Source: an uncultured Candidatus Binatia bacterium (lineage in GTDB: Bacteria > Desulfobacterota > Binatia > UBA9968 > JAJDTQ01). From it: a DNA stretch of 64,000 bases. The position numbers were made by a program, and so were the translations under genes. How positions within the stretch are numbered: the stretch's first letter is position 1; every line of letters starts with the position of its first letter. Positions 36,995 to 46,811 of this stretch are shown here, one piece after another. The DNA lies in contig OZ219754.1 of assembly GCA_964291295.2 (NCBI GenBank), forward strand, positions 800,001 to 864,000, read 5' to 3'. Under the pieces are notes generated by a model that saw only the letters and a list, made by a program, of their open reading frames with translations, was not told the DNA's origin and did no database searches.

Positions 36995-37204
36995 ATGGAG
37001 CACAACGACCAACAACACACGCGGCGCTGGCAGATATTCATGTGCCAGAGCGGCAGCGTGCACATCCACTACGGCACCGGCTCCCTGCACATCACCAAGG
37101 ATGATTTTCCCGGACTGGCGGAGGACCTGCACACGATAGCGGTTTCCCTCCGCAGCGGAAATGAGGGCCGGAAGCAACCCCCGCCGCGGGGTCCGCTTCA
37201 TTGA
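36995..37204 (+). CDS. Small Cys/His-containing hypothetical protein (69 aa)
   Basis: AAGGA RBS; MEHNDQQHTRRWQIFMCQSGSVHIHYGTGSLHITKDDF. Confidence 0.65.
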   Translation: MEHNDQQHTRRWQIFMCQSGSVHIHYGTGSLHITKDDFPGLAEDLHTIAVSLRSGNEGRKQPPPRGPLH

Positions 37205-37980
37205 GGCACCGCCGTCGTCGCGAACGGAATCCGCGGCAGGACGACGGCCGGCACGCCGAGAGCGTGACGCGCTGCGGGCTCGATCAACACCTCTCCGGGC
37301 GGCCCCTCCACGAGCACCCTTCCACCCGCCAGGATCGCGACACGGTCCCCGTACATGCCGGCCTGGTTGGCATCGTGGAGGATCATCACCACGCCAATAC
37401 CCCGTTCCGCCGCGCGACGGGCTACATCAAGGGTTCCGCGGGCGGAATCAAGGCGGCAGGTGGAGCCGTCCAGCAGGAGATACCGGTCCGCCCCCTGCCG
37501 CCCGGCCGCGGTGGAATGGATCTGGGCCAGCACCCGCGCCAACTGCACCCGCTGCCGTTCGGCACAGGAGAGTGTCGTGTAGACACGCTCCGCAAGATGG
37601 CCAGCGCCCGTCTCCGCCAGACACGCCCACGCCACGTCCCGATCCTCCTGGGGGCTGCTACACCGCAATGGGGCGAACGCCCCAGCAGCAGCACCTCCCA
37701 GCGTGCTGAAGACGAATGAAAGCTCCGGCAACTGCGGCAACACCGCGCGCCTTCGGGCAAGCGCCCGCGGTGTCCATGTCGCCAGGGGATGGTCATCCAG
37801 ACAAACGCTGCCCGTGCGGGGCGGCAACGAGCCCGAAAGGACATTGAGCAGCGTCGATTTCCCGGCCCCATTGGGACCCACGACGGCCACCACCTGCCCC
37901 GGCGCCACTGCCAGCGAGACCCCTTTCAACACCTCCACGTCACCAAGGACCACGCGGGCATCACGCGCCTGCAATATCAA
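37198..37980 (-). pseudogene. hmuV: Heme ABC ATPase HmuV-like, degenerate
   Basis: Walker A GPNGAGKST intact, but the signature reads LSCAE and Walker B LLLDGST; compensating frameshifts hide EVLLLGRSPH. Confidence 0.75.
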
Positions 37981-39107
37981 CCGCCTCCCGTGAAACGGCG
38001 GCGCACGAGCAGCCAAAGGAGCAGGGGGCCGCCGACACAGGCGGTCAGGACGCCGATGGGCAAATCGGCCGGCAGGACGACCATGCGCGCCGCCAGATCG
38101 GCCATCAGCATCGAACCGGCGCCCAGCAGGATCACCGCGGGCAGCAACATCCGGTGGTCGGGTCCGATCATGACGCGCACCAGATGGGGCACCACCAAGC
38201 CGATGAATCCGATGACCCCAGTGAGCACCACCGAAGTGCCCGCGGCCAGGGCTGCCAGCGCCGCGATCCGGCGTTTGGCGGACTTCACACGGAAGCCCGG
38301 ATACAGCGCCTCGCGCTCGCCCATCAGAAGCGCGTCGAGATGCCGAGCGAGATGCGGCAGCGCCACCAAAGCACCAACCAGAAGCGGGGTCACCGCCAGC
38401 AGCCTGGTGCCGGTGACTCCCCCCAGGCTCCCCAGAAGCCAGAATCTCGGATCCCGAAACTGTGGCCCGCTGCCGGCGAAGACCAGCAGACCGATGCCGG
38501 CAAAGGCGACGACGTTCACGACGACACCGGCCAGCAGCATGGCGGCGACGTTGGTACGGCCTTCACGACTGGCGATACGGTAGACCAGCCAAGTCGCGAA
38601 CAGGCCCCCCGCGAAGGCGGCCAGGGGCAGGACAAGGGCGTCAAAGGACGGCGGCGTCGAGACTCCGGCGCCCAGGACGGTGGCACCGGCGACAGCAAGC
38701 GCCGCGCCGGCGGAAACGCCCATCAGCGCCGGGTCCGCGAGCGGATTACGCAACAGTCCCTGCAACGCCGCGCCGGAAGCGGCCAGAGCGGCACCGGACA
38801 TGACGCCGAGGAAAGTTCGCGGGAGACGCACCGACATCAACTCCGACTGTTCGGTGGCGGTGAACTGCCACGGCACCCCCAGGGCGTCGGCGACGATGGC
38901 AAGCATCGCCACGGGCGCGATGTCCAACGGACCCGACCCGACGGAAGCGAAAAAGGCAAGAGCCGACAACGCCCCGAAAAGCCACAGCGCCACGGCGCCC
39001 AGATACCGATGCCGGACCGTGAGCACGCGAGTAACGGCAACACCCATGGCCCGCATGGGATTCGCAGCGCCGTGTGATTCCGGATCAATCAATTCCGGGT
39101 CACTCAT
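37977..39107 (-). CDS. hmuU: Heme/iron-chelate ABC permease HmuU/FecCD-like, possibly decaying
   Basis: RLPRT, LRNPLADP, WLLGSL, GFIGLVVPH, DLPIG. Start uncertain. Confidence 0.78.
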   Translation of the reverse strand: MSDPELIDPESHGAANPMRAMGVAVTRVLTVRHRYLGAVALWLFGALSALAFFASVGSGPLDIAPVAMLAIVADALGVPWQFTATEQSELMSVRLPRTFLGVMSGAALAASGAALQGLLRNPLADPALMGVSAGAALAVAGATVLGAGVSTPPSFDALVLPLAAFAGGLFATWLVYRIASREGRTNVAAMLLAGVVVNVVAFAGIGLLVFAGSGPQFRDPRFWLLGSLGGVTGTRLLAVTPLLVGALVALPHLARHLDALLMGEREALYPGFRVKSAKRRIAALAALAAGTSVVLTGVIGFIGLVVPHLVRVMIGPDHRMLLPAVILLGAGSMLMADLAARMVVLPADLPIGVLTACVGGPLLLWLLVRRRFTGGG

Positions 39108-39518
39108 GTCGTCGTCCGCGGCGGAGGAATTTGCCAAGGGAACTCGCCAGGGGAATTCGGCGGAACGAGTTCGGTGAGACCTGCCGTCAGGGAGGCAACC
39201 CGTACAGGCCCGCCGCCGGGTGTCGGGGAGGGGTTCCGACACCCGAAACTCGATACCCCGAACCCGCCTTGCCGGAACGCGGCTTCCGGCCGGTCGCGGC
39301 TGTCGGAGCCCTTGAACCGGATGGAAGTCCGTTGACGCGCGCTCACGCTGAAGCCGTCCCGCTTTCCCTCGGGATCGTGCCGCGGCCCGAGCTTCATGCG
39401 CTCGCCGGCCAACAACTCCGGTCTGCTCCGGAAATGGAACGCCCGGCGAGCCGGGGGAACAGGCCGGCGGCGCGCCGCGCGGGCGCCGCCGGCGCTGCGC
39501 CTCCAACGGGATGCGGCC

Positions 39519-40574
39519 CTACGGGATGCCCACCCGATCGAATATCCTGACGGCCAGAGCCCGGTTCCTCGCGACCTTGATCATGTCGATGTCGTCCGCC
39601 TTGAACCTGCCCCACGACTCCACCAGACCGGACCACGGAACGCCGGGCTTCACGGGATACTCGAAGTTCTGCTCGGCGTACATCTTCTGCGCCAAGTCGT
39701 CGCTCAGAAATTCCAGCAGCTTGATGGCGTTCTCCTTTCGCCCCGCGTGCCGGGTGACGCCGGCACCGCTGATGTTCATGTGAGCACCGCGGCCATCCTG
39801 ATTGGGGAAGAACAGGAACACTGACTCCGCCCACTCGATCTGCTTTTCGTTGGTGAGCATCTTGCCCATGTAGTAGGTGTTCCCGAGCGAAATGTCGCAT
39901 TCCCCCGAGAAGATGGCCTTGACCTGTGCGCGGTCGTTGCCCTGAGGCTTGCGCGCCAGATTGGCCTTCAAGCCCCTGGCCCACTCTTCAGCCCTTTTCT
40001 CGCCGTGATGGGCCACCAGCGAAGCAAGCAACGCCACGTTATAGACGTTTTTCGAAGAGCGGATGCAGATGCGGCCCTTCCACTTGGGATCGACCAGGTC
40101 TTCGTAGGTCGAGAGATCCCCCGGCTTCACCCGCTCCCTGGAGGCGTAGACGATGCGGGCGCGTCTCGTGAGTGCGTACCACAGCCCCGACGGATCCCGG
40201 TCGCGCGACGGAACGTTGGCCATGAGCTTCCCGGTCTTGACCGGCTGCAGCACGCCCGCTTCAACGGCGTCGTTGATCCGTCCGATGTCCACCGTCAGGA
40301 TCATGTCCGCCGGGCTGTTCCTGCCCTCCTTCTGCAGTCGCGTGATCATCCCCTTGGGTGCGAACACCACATTGGTCTTGATCCCGGTCTGGTGAGTGAA
40401 GGCGCTCAGCATCGGTTTGATGAGGAACGGCTGCCGGTAGGAGTAGATGTTGACCTCTCCGTTGGCGACGGCGTTCGCCGCAAGCCCCATGGACAGGCCA
40501 AGAACCACCGCCAGGCAAGCCAACGCCCTGGCCCCTGACGCTTTTCCAACTGCTTTCCCAACTGTCTCAGTCAT
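39519..40574 (-). CDS. Fe3+ ABC transporter substrate-binding protein (FutA/FbpA-like)
   Basis: VNIYSYRQ, NSPAD, GNDRAQVKAI, NTYY (Tyr ligands), NFEYPV. Confidence 0.92.
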   Translation of the reverse strand: MTETVGKAVGKASGARALACLAVVLGLSMGLAANAVANGEVNIYSYRQPFLIKPMLSAFTHQTGIKTNVVFAPKGMITRLQKEGRNSPADMILTVDIGRINDAVEAGVLQPVKTGKLMANVPSRDRDPSGLWYALTRRARIVYASRERVKPGDLSTYEDLVDPKWKGRICIRSSKNVYNVALLASLVAHHGEKRAEEWARGLKANLARKPQGNDRAQVKAIFSGECDISLGNTYYMGKMLTNEKQIEWAESVFLFFPNQDGRGAHMNISGAGVTRHAGRKENAIKLLEFLSDDLAQKMYAEQNFEYPVKPGVPWSGLVESWGRFKADDIDMIKVARNRALAVRIFDRVGIP

Positions 40575-40645
40575 TGTCGTGCTCCTTCCTTCAAGAGATA
40601 TTTTCCGCCATGAATACTCCATTGATCCCCGTAATGCAATACTTT

Positions 40646-40665
40646 AAATTAGTTTGATCAAATTT
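40646..40665. promoter_or_regulatory. Near-palindromic DtxR/SloR-like operator upstream of the Fe3+-binding protein gene
   Basis: AAATTAGTTTGATCAAATTT in an AT-rich patch. Confidence 0.5.
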
Positions 40666-40864
40666 TTTCTTTTCCTATAATCGAAGCCGCCTTGAAGCCG
40701 TCCCGAGACCTTCGGTCCAGAGACTGCGGAGCCCGACCCCCGGCCCGGGTTCGACGCTCCACCCGGCCCGGCTTGTATCGGCGGCGATGACCTTTTAACT
40801 TCGTCCAGGAAAACCTCGTCCAATGAAAGCCTGAAAAAGGCGATGGCGCGGCATGGAACTGCTC

Positions 40865-40922
40865 GCAACCTGTGGATTCCATTGATTCAGCCCCAGCGAA
40901 TTCGGGTTTGTTCAGACCTTCC
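40865..40922 (+). mobile_element. IS5-family right-end remnant
   Basis: TTGTTCAGACCTTCC at 40908-40922 is identical to the right IR of the element at 13540-13554. Left boundary approximate. Confidence 0.6.
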
Positions 40923-40969
40923 CCGACTTCGTGCCACTTCGTGACACCGGAATCGGTGACGATGACGTC

Positions 40970-43900
40970 ATGTATCTGGATCGGCGACTGCTGACGCATA
41001 CCCGCGGCGTGCGCGCACGCATTGCCGCTTCCGCCCTGCTCGGCCTGGGCTCGGCGGCCGCGGGCTTGGCGCGGCTGGTGTTCTCCGGCCTGGTGATCGC
41101 CGGGGTTCTCACCGGCGCCGCCTTCTCGCCGCTGATTCCCTGGCTGGCCGCGGTGGCCGGTTGCGTCGCGCTGCGGGCACTGCTCCAGTACCTGCGGGAC
41201 ACGGTCAGCCAGGGAACCGCAGCCCGGGTCAAGGCGAGGCTGCACCACCGGCTCTACCGCCACGCCCTCGACCTGGGTCCGGGACACTTCGACCAGGAGC
41301 GCACCGGCGACGTGCTGGTGTCGCTGGGCGAGGGGGTGGAGCGCCTCCAGGTGTTCTACGGCCAGTTCCTGCCGCAGATGATCGTGGCCGGGGTGGCGCC
41401 GGTGCTGATCTTCTTTCTCATGGCCTCCTTCGACGTGGTCATCGGTCTCATCTTCGTGGCCTTCGCCCTGCTGACGCTGGTCGCCACGCCGCTGTTCATG
41501 GTCTTCAACGAGGAGAGCAGCCGGCGCCGGCGGGCTTCCTACGGCGCCTTCGCCGCCGACTTCCTGGACAGCATCCAGGGCATTGCCACCCTGAAGATCT
41601 TCGGCCGGAGCCGCAGCCAGGGAGCGACCCTCGCGCACCGGGCGCGCCATCTCTACCGCACCACCATGGGCGTGCTGGCGGTGAACATGGCTTCCGTCGG
41701 CATCACCACCTTCGGCATTCTGGGCGGCACCGCCTGCGCCCTGGCCTGGGGCGCCCTCAAGGTCGATGCCGGCGACCTCGAGGTCCGCTCGCTGATCGTG
41801 ATCCTGATCATGGGCGCAGAGGTCTTTCGGCCCACCCGGGAGCTGATGGTTCTCTATCACCAGGGGATCGACGCCATGGCCGCGGCCCAGGGCATCTTCG
41901 CGCTGCTGGAGACGCCGGCGACGGTGTGCGAGCCGACCCCGGAACAGGCCCCGGACCGCACCGCCTTCGAGCCTGCCATCCGCTGCGAGAACGTGAGCTT
42001 CGCGTACCGGCAGGGCGGCCGTCCCGCACTCCGGGAGGTCTCCCTGGAGCTTCGCGCGGGCGAGAAGCTCGGGGTGGTGGGCCCCAGCGGAGCGGGCAAG
42101 TCCACCCTGGTGTCGCTGATGCTGCGCTTCGCCGACCCGCAGCGGGGGCGCGTGCTGCTGGGCGGCCGGGACATCCGCACCATCCCCCTGCACATCCTGC
42201 GGCGCCACATCGCGGTGGTGGCCCAGGACATGTACCTCTTCTACGGCACCATCGCCGACAATCTGCGCATGGCCAGGCCCGACGCGGACGCCGGTGAGCT
42301 CGAACGGGCGGCCCGGGCGGCCAACATCCACGAGTTCATCGCCAGCCTGCCCCAAGGCTACGACACGGTGGTGGGCGAGCGCGGCATGCGGCTTTCGGGC
42401 GGCGAGCGCCAGCGCATCGCCATCGCCCGCGCCATCCTCAAGGACGCGCCGATCCTGGTGCTGGACGAGGCGCTGTCCAGCGTGGACGCCCAGAGCGAGG
42501 CGGTGATCAACGAGGCGCTGCGCAAGCTCATGGAGGGGCGCACCACGCTGATCATCGCGCACCGCCTGTCCAGCGTCATCCACGCGGACCGCATGGTGGT
42601 GCTGGAACGGGGGCGCGTGGTGGAAACCGGCAGCCACGGCGCCTTGCTGGAGAGCGGCGGCACCTACGCCCGGCTCATGGACGCCCAGGCCCGGGGGACC
42701 CACGCCGAGGCGGTGGACGCCGAGGCGCTGGCCGAGCGCGAGACCCCGGCCACGGACAGCGCGGCCGGCCCTGCGGACCCCGCCCGGGCGCCGGCGGCAA
42801 CCGTAACCGCGCCGGCTGCCGCGGTGCTGCGCCGGCTCATCGCGCTGGTGCGGCCGTTCCGGCGCAAGCTCGCGGTCTCGTTCTCCGCCGGGGTGCTTTT
42901 CCAGGCCTCGGTGGTGGGGGTCGGCGCGGCCGGCGCGCTGCTGGTGGGCCAGTTGATACGCGGCGGCGACATCACTCTGTACCTGATCCTCCTGGGAACC
43001 CTGGTGGCGGCGGCCTCCCTGCTCTCCTGGGCCGATTGCTGGCTGCCCCACGACCTGGCCTACCAGCTACTGGCGGAGATGCGCATCGACTTCTACGACA
43101 CCCTGGAACCGCTGGCTCCGGCCTACCTGACCCGGCGCCGCTCCGGCGACTTGGCCAGCATCGCCGGCGCCGACGTGGAGACGGTGGAGCTGTTCTTCGC
43201 CCATACCATCACCCCGGCGTTCATCGCCGTGGTGGTGCCGGCGGGCATTCTCACCGTGCTGGGCTTCGTGGGCTGGCCGCTGATGCTGGCGCTGGCGCCT
43301 TTTCTGATACTGCTGGCGGCATCGCCATTCCTGGCCCGGCAGCGCTCGGAACGCTTGGGCGGCATCGTGCGCCGGGAACTCGGGCAACTCAACGCCCATC
43401 TGGTGGACAGCCTCCAGGGCATGCGCGAGGTGGTCTCCTTCGGCCACGAGAAACGCCAGCTTGCCGCCGTGCTGGCCAACAGCCTGCGGCTCGCCAAGGC
43501 CCAGCTCGCGTTCCACAAGGACCAGGCGCTTCAGGCCAGCCTCAATGAAGCGGTGACCGGCCTCGGCGCCCTGGCGGTGCTGGGCACGGGAGTGTGGCTG
43601 GCAGGCCGACTCGAGATGGACCGGGCGCTGCTGCCGCTGGCCACCGTGCTGGCGCTGCTGGCCTTCGGGCCGGTAACCGACGTCGCCCGCACGTTCAAGG
43701 AGCTGATGGAGACGCTGGAGTCCGGCCGCCGCGTGTTCGAGGTCAAGGACGAGCCCGTGCCGGTGCGGGACGGCGCCGGCGTCCCGGCACTCCCGGATGT
43801 TCCGCCGGCCATCCGATTCGACCGCGTCAGCTTCGGCTACGACGGCGGCGGCCTCGCGCTGCGGAACGTGTGCCTGGAGGTGGAGCCGGGTCAGACCGTG

Positions 43901-44611
43901 GCGCTGGTGGGCCCCTCGGGTGCCGGCAAGACCACCTGCGCCCACCTGCTGCTGCGCTTCCAGGATCCTGCCGCCGGCGCCGTAACGCTTGCCGGGCAGG
44001 ACCTCAGGGAATTCGCCCTGGACCACTTGAGGGAACATATCTCCCTGGTGTCCCAGGACACTTGGCTGTTCAACACGACGCTGCGCGACAACATCGCGCT
44101 GGGGCGGCCAGATGCATCCCGGCAACAGGTGGAGGAAGCCGCCGCCACCGCCCATATCCACCAGTTCATCAGCCGCCTGCCCGAGGGTTACGACACCAGG
44201 ATCGGCGAGCGCGGGGTGCAGCTCTCCGGCGGTCAGCGGCAACGCATCGCCATCGCCCGGGCACTGCTCAAGGACGCGCCCGTGCTGATACTCGACGAAG
44301 CCACCTCGCACCTCGACGCCATCAACGAGGAGTTGATCCACCAGGCCGTGGCGCGGCTGGCTCAGGGCCGCACCACCCTGGTGATCGCTCACCGGCTGTC
44401 CACCATCCGCGATGCCGACCGGATCGTCGTGCTCGATTCCGGCACCATCGCCGAGCAGGGCACCCACGACGAACTGCTCCGGGCCAACGGGATGTACGCC
44501 AATCTGGTCCTGACCCAGCTTGTCGGCGGCACCGGACCGGCCCGGAGGACGGAGGATCGGCGCCCCGGGTTCCCGCCGCCGCGGGAAGGAGCGGGAAGGA
44601 GACCGGCATGA
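40970..44611 (+). CDS. Fused TMD-NBD-TMD-NBD ABC transporter (CydDC/IrtAB-like type IV fold)
   Basis: Two sets of GPSGAGK[S/T], LSGG[E/Q]RQR, LDEA and IAHRLS, each after a membrane domain. Confidence 0.9.
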   Translation: MYLDRRLLTHTRGVRARIAASALLGLGSAAAGLARLVFSGLVIAGVLTGAAFSPLIPWLAAVAGCVALRALLQYLRDTVSQGTAARVKARLHHRLYRHALDLGPGHFDQERTGDVLVSLGEGVERLQVFYGQFLPQMIVAGVAPVLIFFLMASFDVVIGLIFVAFALLTLVATPLFMVFNEESSRRRRASYGAFAADFLDSIQGIATLKIFGRSRSQGATLAHRARHLYRTTMGVLAVNMASVGITTFGILGGTACALAWGALKVDAGDLEVRSLIVILIMGAEVFRPTRELMVLYHQGIDAMAAAQGIFALLETPATVCEPTPEQAPDRTAFEPAIRCENVSFAYRQGGRPALREVSLELRAGEKLGVVGPSGAGKSTLVSLMLRFADPQRGRVLLGGRDIRTIPLHILRRHIAVVAQDMYLFYGTIADNLRMARPDADAGELERAARAANIHEFIASLPQGYDTVVGERGMRLSGGERQRIAIARAILKDAPILVLDEALSSVDAQSEAVINEALRKLMEGRTTLIIAHRLSSVIHADRMVVLERGRVVETGSHGALLESGGTYARLMDAQARGTHAEAVDAEALAERETPATDSAAGPADPARAPAATVTAPAAAVLRRLIALVRPFRRKLAVSFSAGVLFQASVVGVGAAGALLVGQLIRGGDITLYLILLGTLVAAASLLSWADCWLPHDLAYQLLAEMRIDFYDTLEPLAPAYLTRRRSGDLASIAGADVETVELFFAHTITPAFIAVVVPAGILTVLGFVGWPLMLALAPFLILLAASPFLARQRSERLGGIVRRELGQLNAHLVDSLQGMREVVSFGHEKRQLAAVLANSLRLAKAQLAFHKDQALQASLNEAVTGLGALAVLGTGVWLAGRLEMDRALLPLATVLALLAFGPVTDVARTFKELMETLESGRRVFEVKDEPVPVRDGAGVPALPDVPPAIRFDRVSFGYDGGGLALRNVCLEVEPGQTVALVGPSGAGKTTCAHLLLRFQDPAAGAVTLAGQDLREFALDHLREHISLVSQDTWLFNTTLRDNIALGRPDASRQQVEEAAATAHIHQFISRLPEGYDTRIGERGVQLSGGQRQRIAIARALLKDAPVLILDEATSHLDAINEELIHQAVARLAQGRTTLVIAHRLSTIRDADRIVVLDSGTIAEQGTHDELLRANGMYANLVLTQLVGGTGPARRTEDRRPGFPPPREGAGRRPA

Positions 44612-45600
44612 CGACGAAGACCGTGCGGGTGGCCGGCGTGATCCATGGGGTGCTGACGGGGTTGACGCTGGCGCTCTCGACCCAGCTTTACGCGGCGTCC
44701 CCGCGGGTGGTCACCACGGTGGCGCCCATCACCAGCATCGTGGAGAACGTGGCCGGGGACCGGGCGCACATTGCCGGGATCGTGCCGGAAGGGGTGAACT
44801 CCCATACGTTCCGGCCGGTTCCGTCGGACGCCCGGACCATGGCAAAGGCCCATCTCATCATCATGAACGGCCTCCACCTGGAGATCCCCACGCTCAAGCT
44901 GGCGCGCGCCAACAAGCGGCGCGAGACGCCCATCCTGCTGCTGGCCGACCGTACCATCACCCGGCGGGACTACGTCTTCGACTTCAGCTTCCCCAGGGAT
45001 CGGGGACACCCCAACCCGCATCTGTGGCTCGACCCGGTGCACGTCATGAGCTATGCGCGCTTGGTGCGCGGCGCCCTGGCGGCGGCCGACCCTCGGGGCC
45101 GGACCGCCTACCGGGACAACGCCGCACGCTACCTGCAGCAGCTCGGGGCCCTGGACCGGGCCATCGCGGCGGCCGTGGCCACGGTGCCGGCACAAGACCG
45201 GCGCCTGCTCACCTATCACGACTCGTGGCCCTACTTCGCCCGGCGTTACGGCTTTGCGGTCATCGGTGCGGTACAGCCCTCCGGCTTCTCCGAGCCGAGC
45301 CCCCGGGAGGTGGCGCGGCTCATCGACCAATTGACCCGGGAGCGGGTGCCGGCGGTGTTCGGCTCAGGGGAGTTCCCCAGCCCGGTGCTCCGGCAGATCG
45401 CGCGGGAAGCAGCGACGGTGTTCGTCGACCGCCTGCGGGACGACATTCTGCCGGGGCGGCCCGGCGACCCGGCCCATTCGTACACCGGCATGATGCTCGA
45501 GAACGTCCGCACCATCGTCACCGCGTTGGGCGGCTCGGCCGATGCGCTGAAGGCGGTGGACCCGGCGCCGGTGGCGGGCCATCACGCGCGCTACCGGTAG
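44608..45600 (+). CDS. TroA/MntA-like metal ABC substrate-binding protein
   Basis: NSHTFRP, PNPHLWLDP, TYHDSW, LRDD; ATGA overlap with the upstream ABC gene. Confidence 0.9.
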   Translation: MTTKTVRVAGVIHGVLTGLTLALSTQLYAASPRVVTTVAPITSIVENVAGDRAHIAGIVPEGVNSHTFRPVPSDARTMAKAHLIIMNGLHLEIPTLKLARANKRRETPILLLADRTITRRDYVFDFSFPRDRGHPNPHLWLDPVHVMSYARLVRGALAAADPRGRTAYRDNAARYLQQLGALDRAIAAAVATVPAQDRRLLTYHDSWPYFARRYGFAVIGAVQPSGFSEPSPREVARLIDQLTRERVPAVFGSGEFPSPVLRQIAREAATVFVDRLRDDILPGRPGDPAHSYTGMMLENVRTIVTALGGSADALKAVDPAPVAGHHARYR

Positions 45601-45950
45601 GCCGGCGCACCGGCCTCCGGAGGCGGGCCGGAACTTGCAGGCCGCTGCCATCCCTGTCTCAATGGCACCGTGTACGGGAAGGGAGGGCCGCGCCGGGTGG
45701 CGCGGGCGCCCTTCCGATCGATGTTTTCGATCGATAATGGACGGAATCCGATGATCGACATGGCGAGGATCGACATGGACTGTCCCGTCATCGACGTGGT
45801 GGGGCCGGACCGGGAGAAGGCCCGTTGTCCGCGGGCCTGCCGGCCGGCCCTCTTCGCGCATGCGGAGATGTCAGCCGACTCCAGGCGCCGGGTTCCGCCG
45901 GCGAATCCCGGGCGCCTGTACAATCCGGTTCGTCTGGCTCAGCGGGTTCA

Positions 45951-46811
45951 GTGACTTCGGACAAGCACACCGACAGGGTCCACCGCGTCCACGGCAGGCT
46001 CCACGGGCCCCGGCCTGTCGGCGCCCGGGAGTGGAGCGAGCACGGCCAACCCTTGGTCGAACTCACGGACGTGTCCAGCGGCTACCGGCACACCCTGGGC
46101 ATCGCCCATGTCAATCTGAAGCTCTGGCCGGCCCAGTTCCTGGCCGTGGTGGGGCCCAATGGCGGCGGCAAGACGACCTTGCTGCGCACCATCCTGGGCC
46201 ATGTCCGGCCCGTGGAAGGGCGGATTACGGTCCACGGCGGTTCGTCCCTGGGACCTGCCGGGTACGTGCCGCAACTGGAGCAGATCGACCTGAGCTTTCC
46301 CATCACGGTGGAGGAAGTGGTGCTGCTGGGCCTGTCGCGGCACCGCCGGTGGTTTCGCCGCACCGCTCCGGAGGAGCGCGACCGCGCCCACGAGATCATG
46401 GAGCGTCTCAACCTGCTGGAGATGAGGAACCGCCAGATCCGGGAGCTGTCGGGAGGCCAGCAGCAGGGCGCGTTCATCGCCCGGGCGCTGCTGGGGGAGC
46501 CGGAACTGATCCTGCTCGACGAGCCCACGTCCGGGCTGGATATCCGCTCCCGCGACGAAGTGATCCACTTCCTGCACGAGATCAACCACTCGGGCGTCGC
46601 CATCCTCATCACCAGCCACGACCTCAACTGGGTGGCCGCGCACCTGCCGTGGGTGGTGTGCCTGAACCGCCGCGTGATCGCCGAGGGCGAACCCCAGGAG
46701 GTCTTCACCACCCAGGTGCTGGGGGAGACCTACAAGGGGGAGATGGTGGTGTTCCAGCACGGCGACATGATCATGGTCGGCGAACGGCCCCACTCGCCCA
46801 ACGGCGGATGA
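45951..46811 (+). CDS. Metal ABC transporter ATPase
   Basis: GPNGGGKT, GYVPQ, LSGGQQQ, LDEPT. Start uncertain. Confidence 0.88.
   Translation: MTSDKHTDRVHRVHGRLHGPRPVGAREWSEHGQPLVELTDVSSGYRHTLGIAHVNLKLWPAQFLAVVGPNGGGKTTLLRTILGHVRPVEGRITVHGGSSLGPAGYVPQLEQIDLSFPITVEEVVLLGLSRHRRWFRRTAPEERDRAHEIMERLNLLEMRNRQIRELSGGQQQGAFIARALLGEPELILLDEPTSGLDIRSRDEVIHFLHEINHSGVAILITSHDLNWVAAHLPWVVCLNRRVIAEGEPQEVFTTQVLGETYKGEMVVFQHGDMIMVGERPHSPNGG

Noticed and set aside
39110-39430. Cobalamin riboswitch upstream of hmuU (AGACCTGCC near 39180)
   Set aside because: The motif is on the opposite strand to the transporter, and the other conserved elements (AGGGAA...GGTG, GCCCCCGC.ACTGT, GCCACTG) are not evident.
40720-40775. 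tRNA-like GGTTCGA sequence
   Set aside because: No cloverleaf, D-arm or acceptor stem could be built around it.
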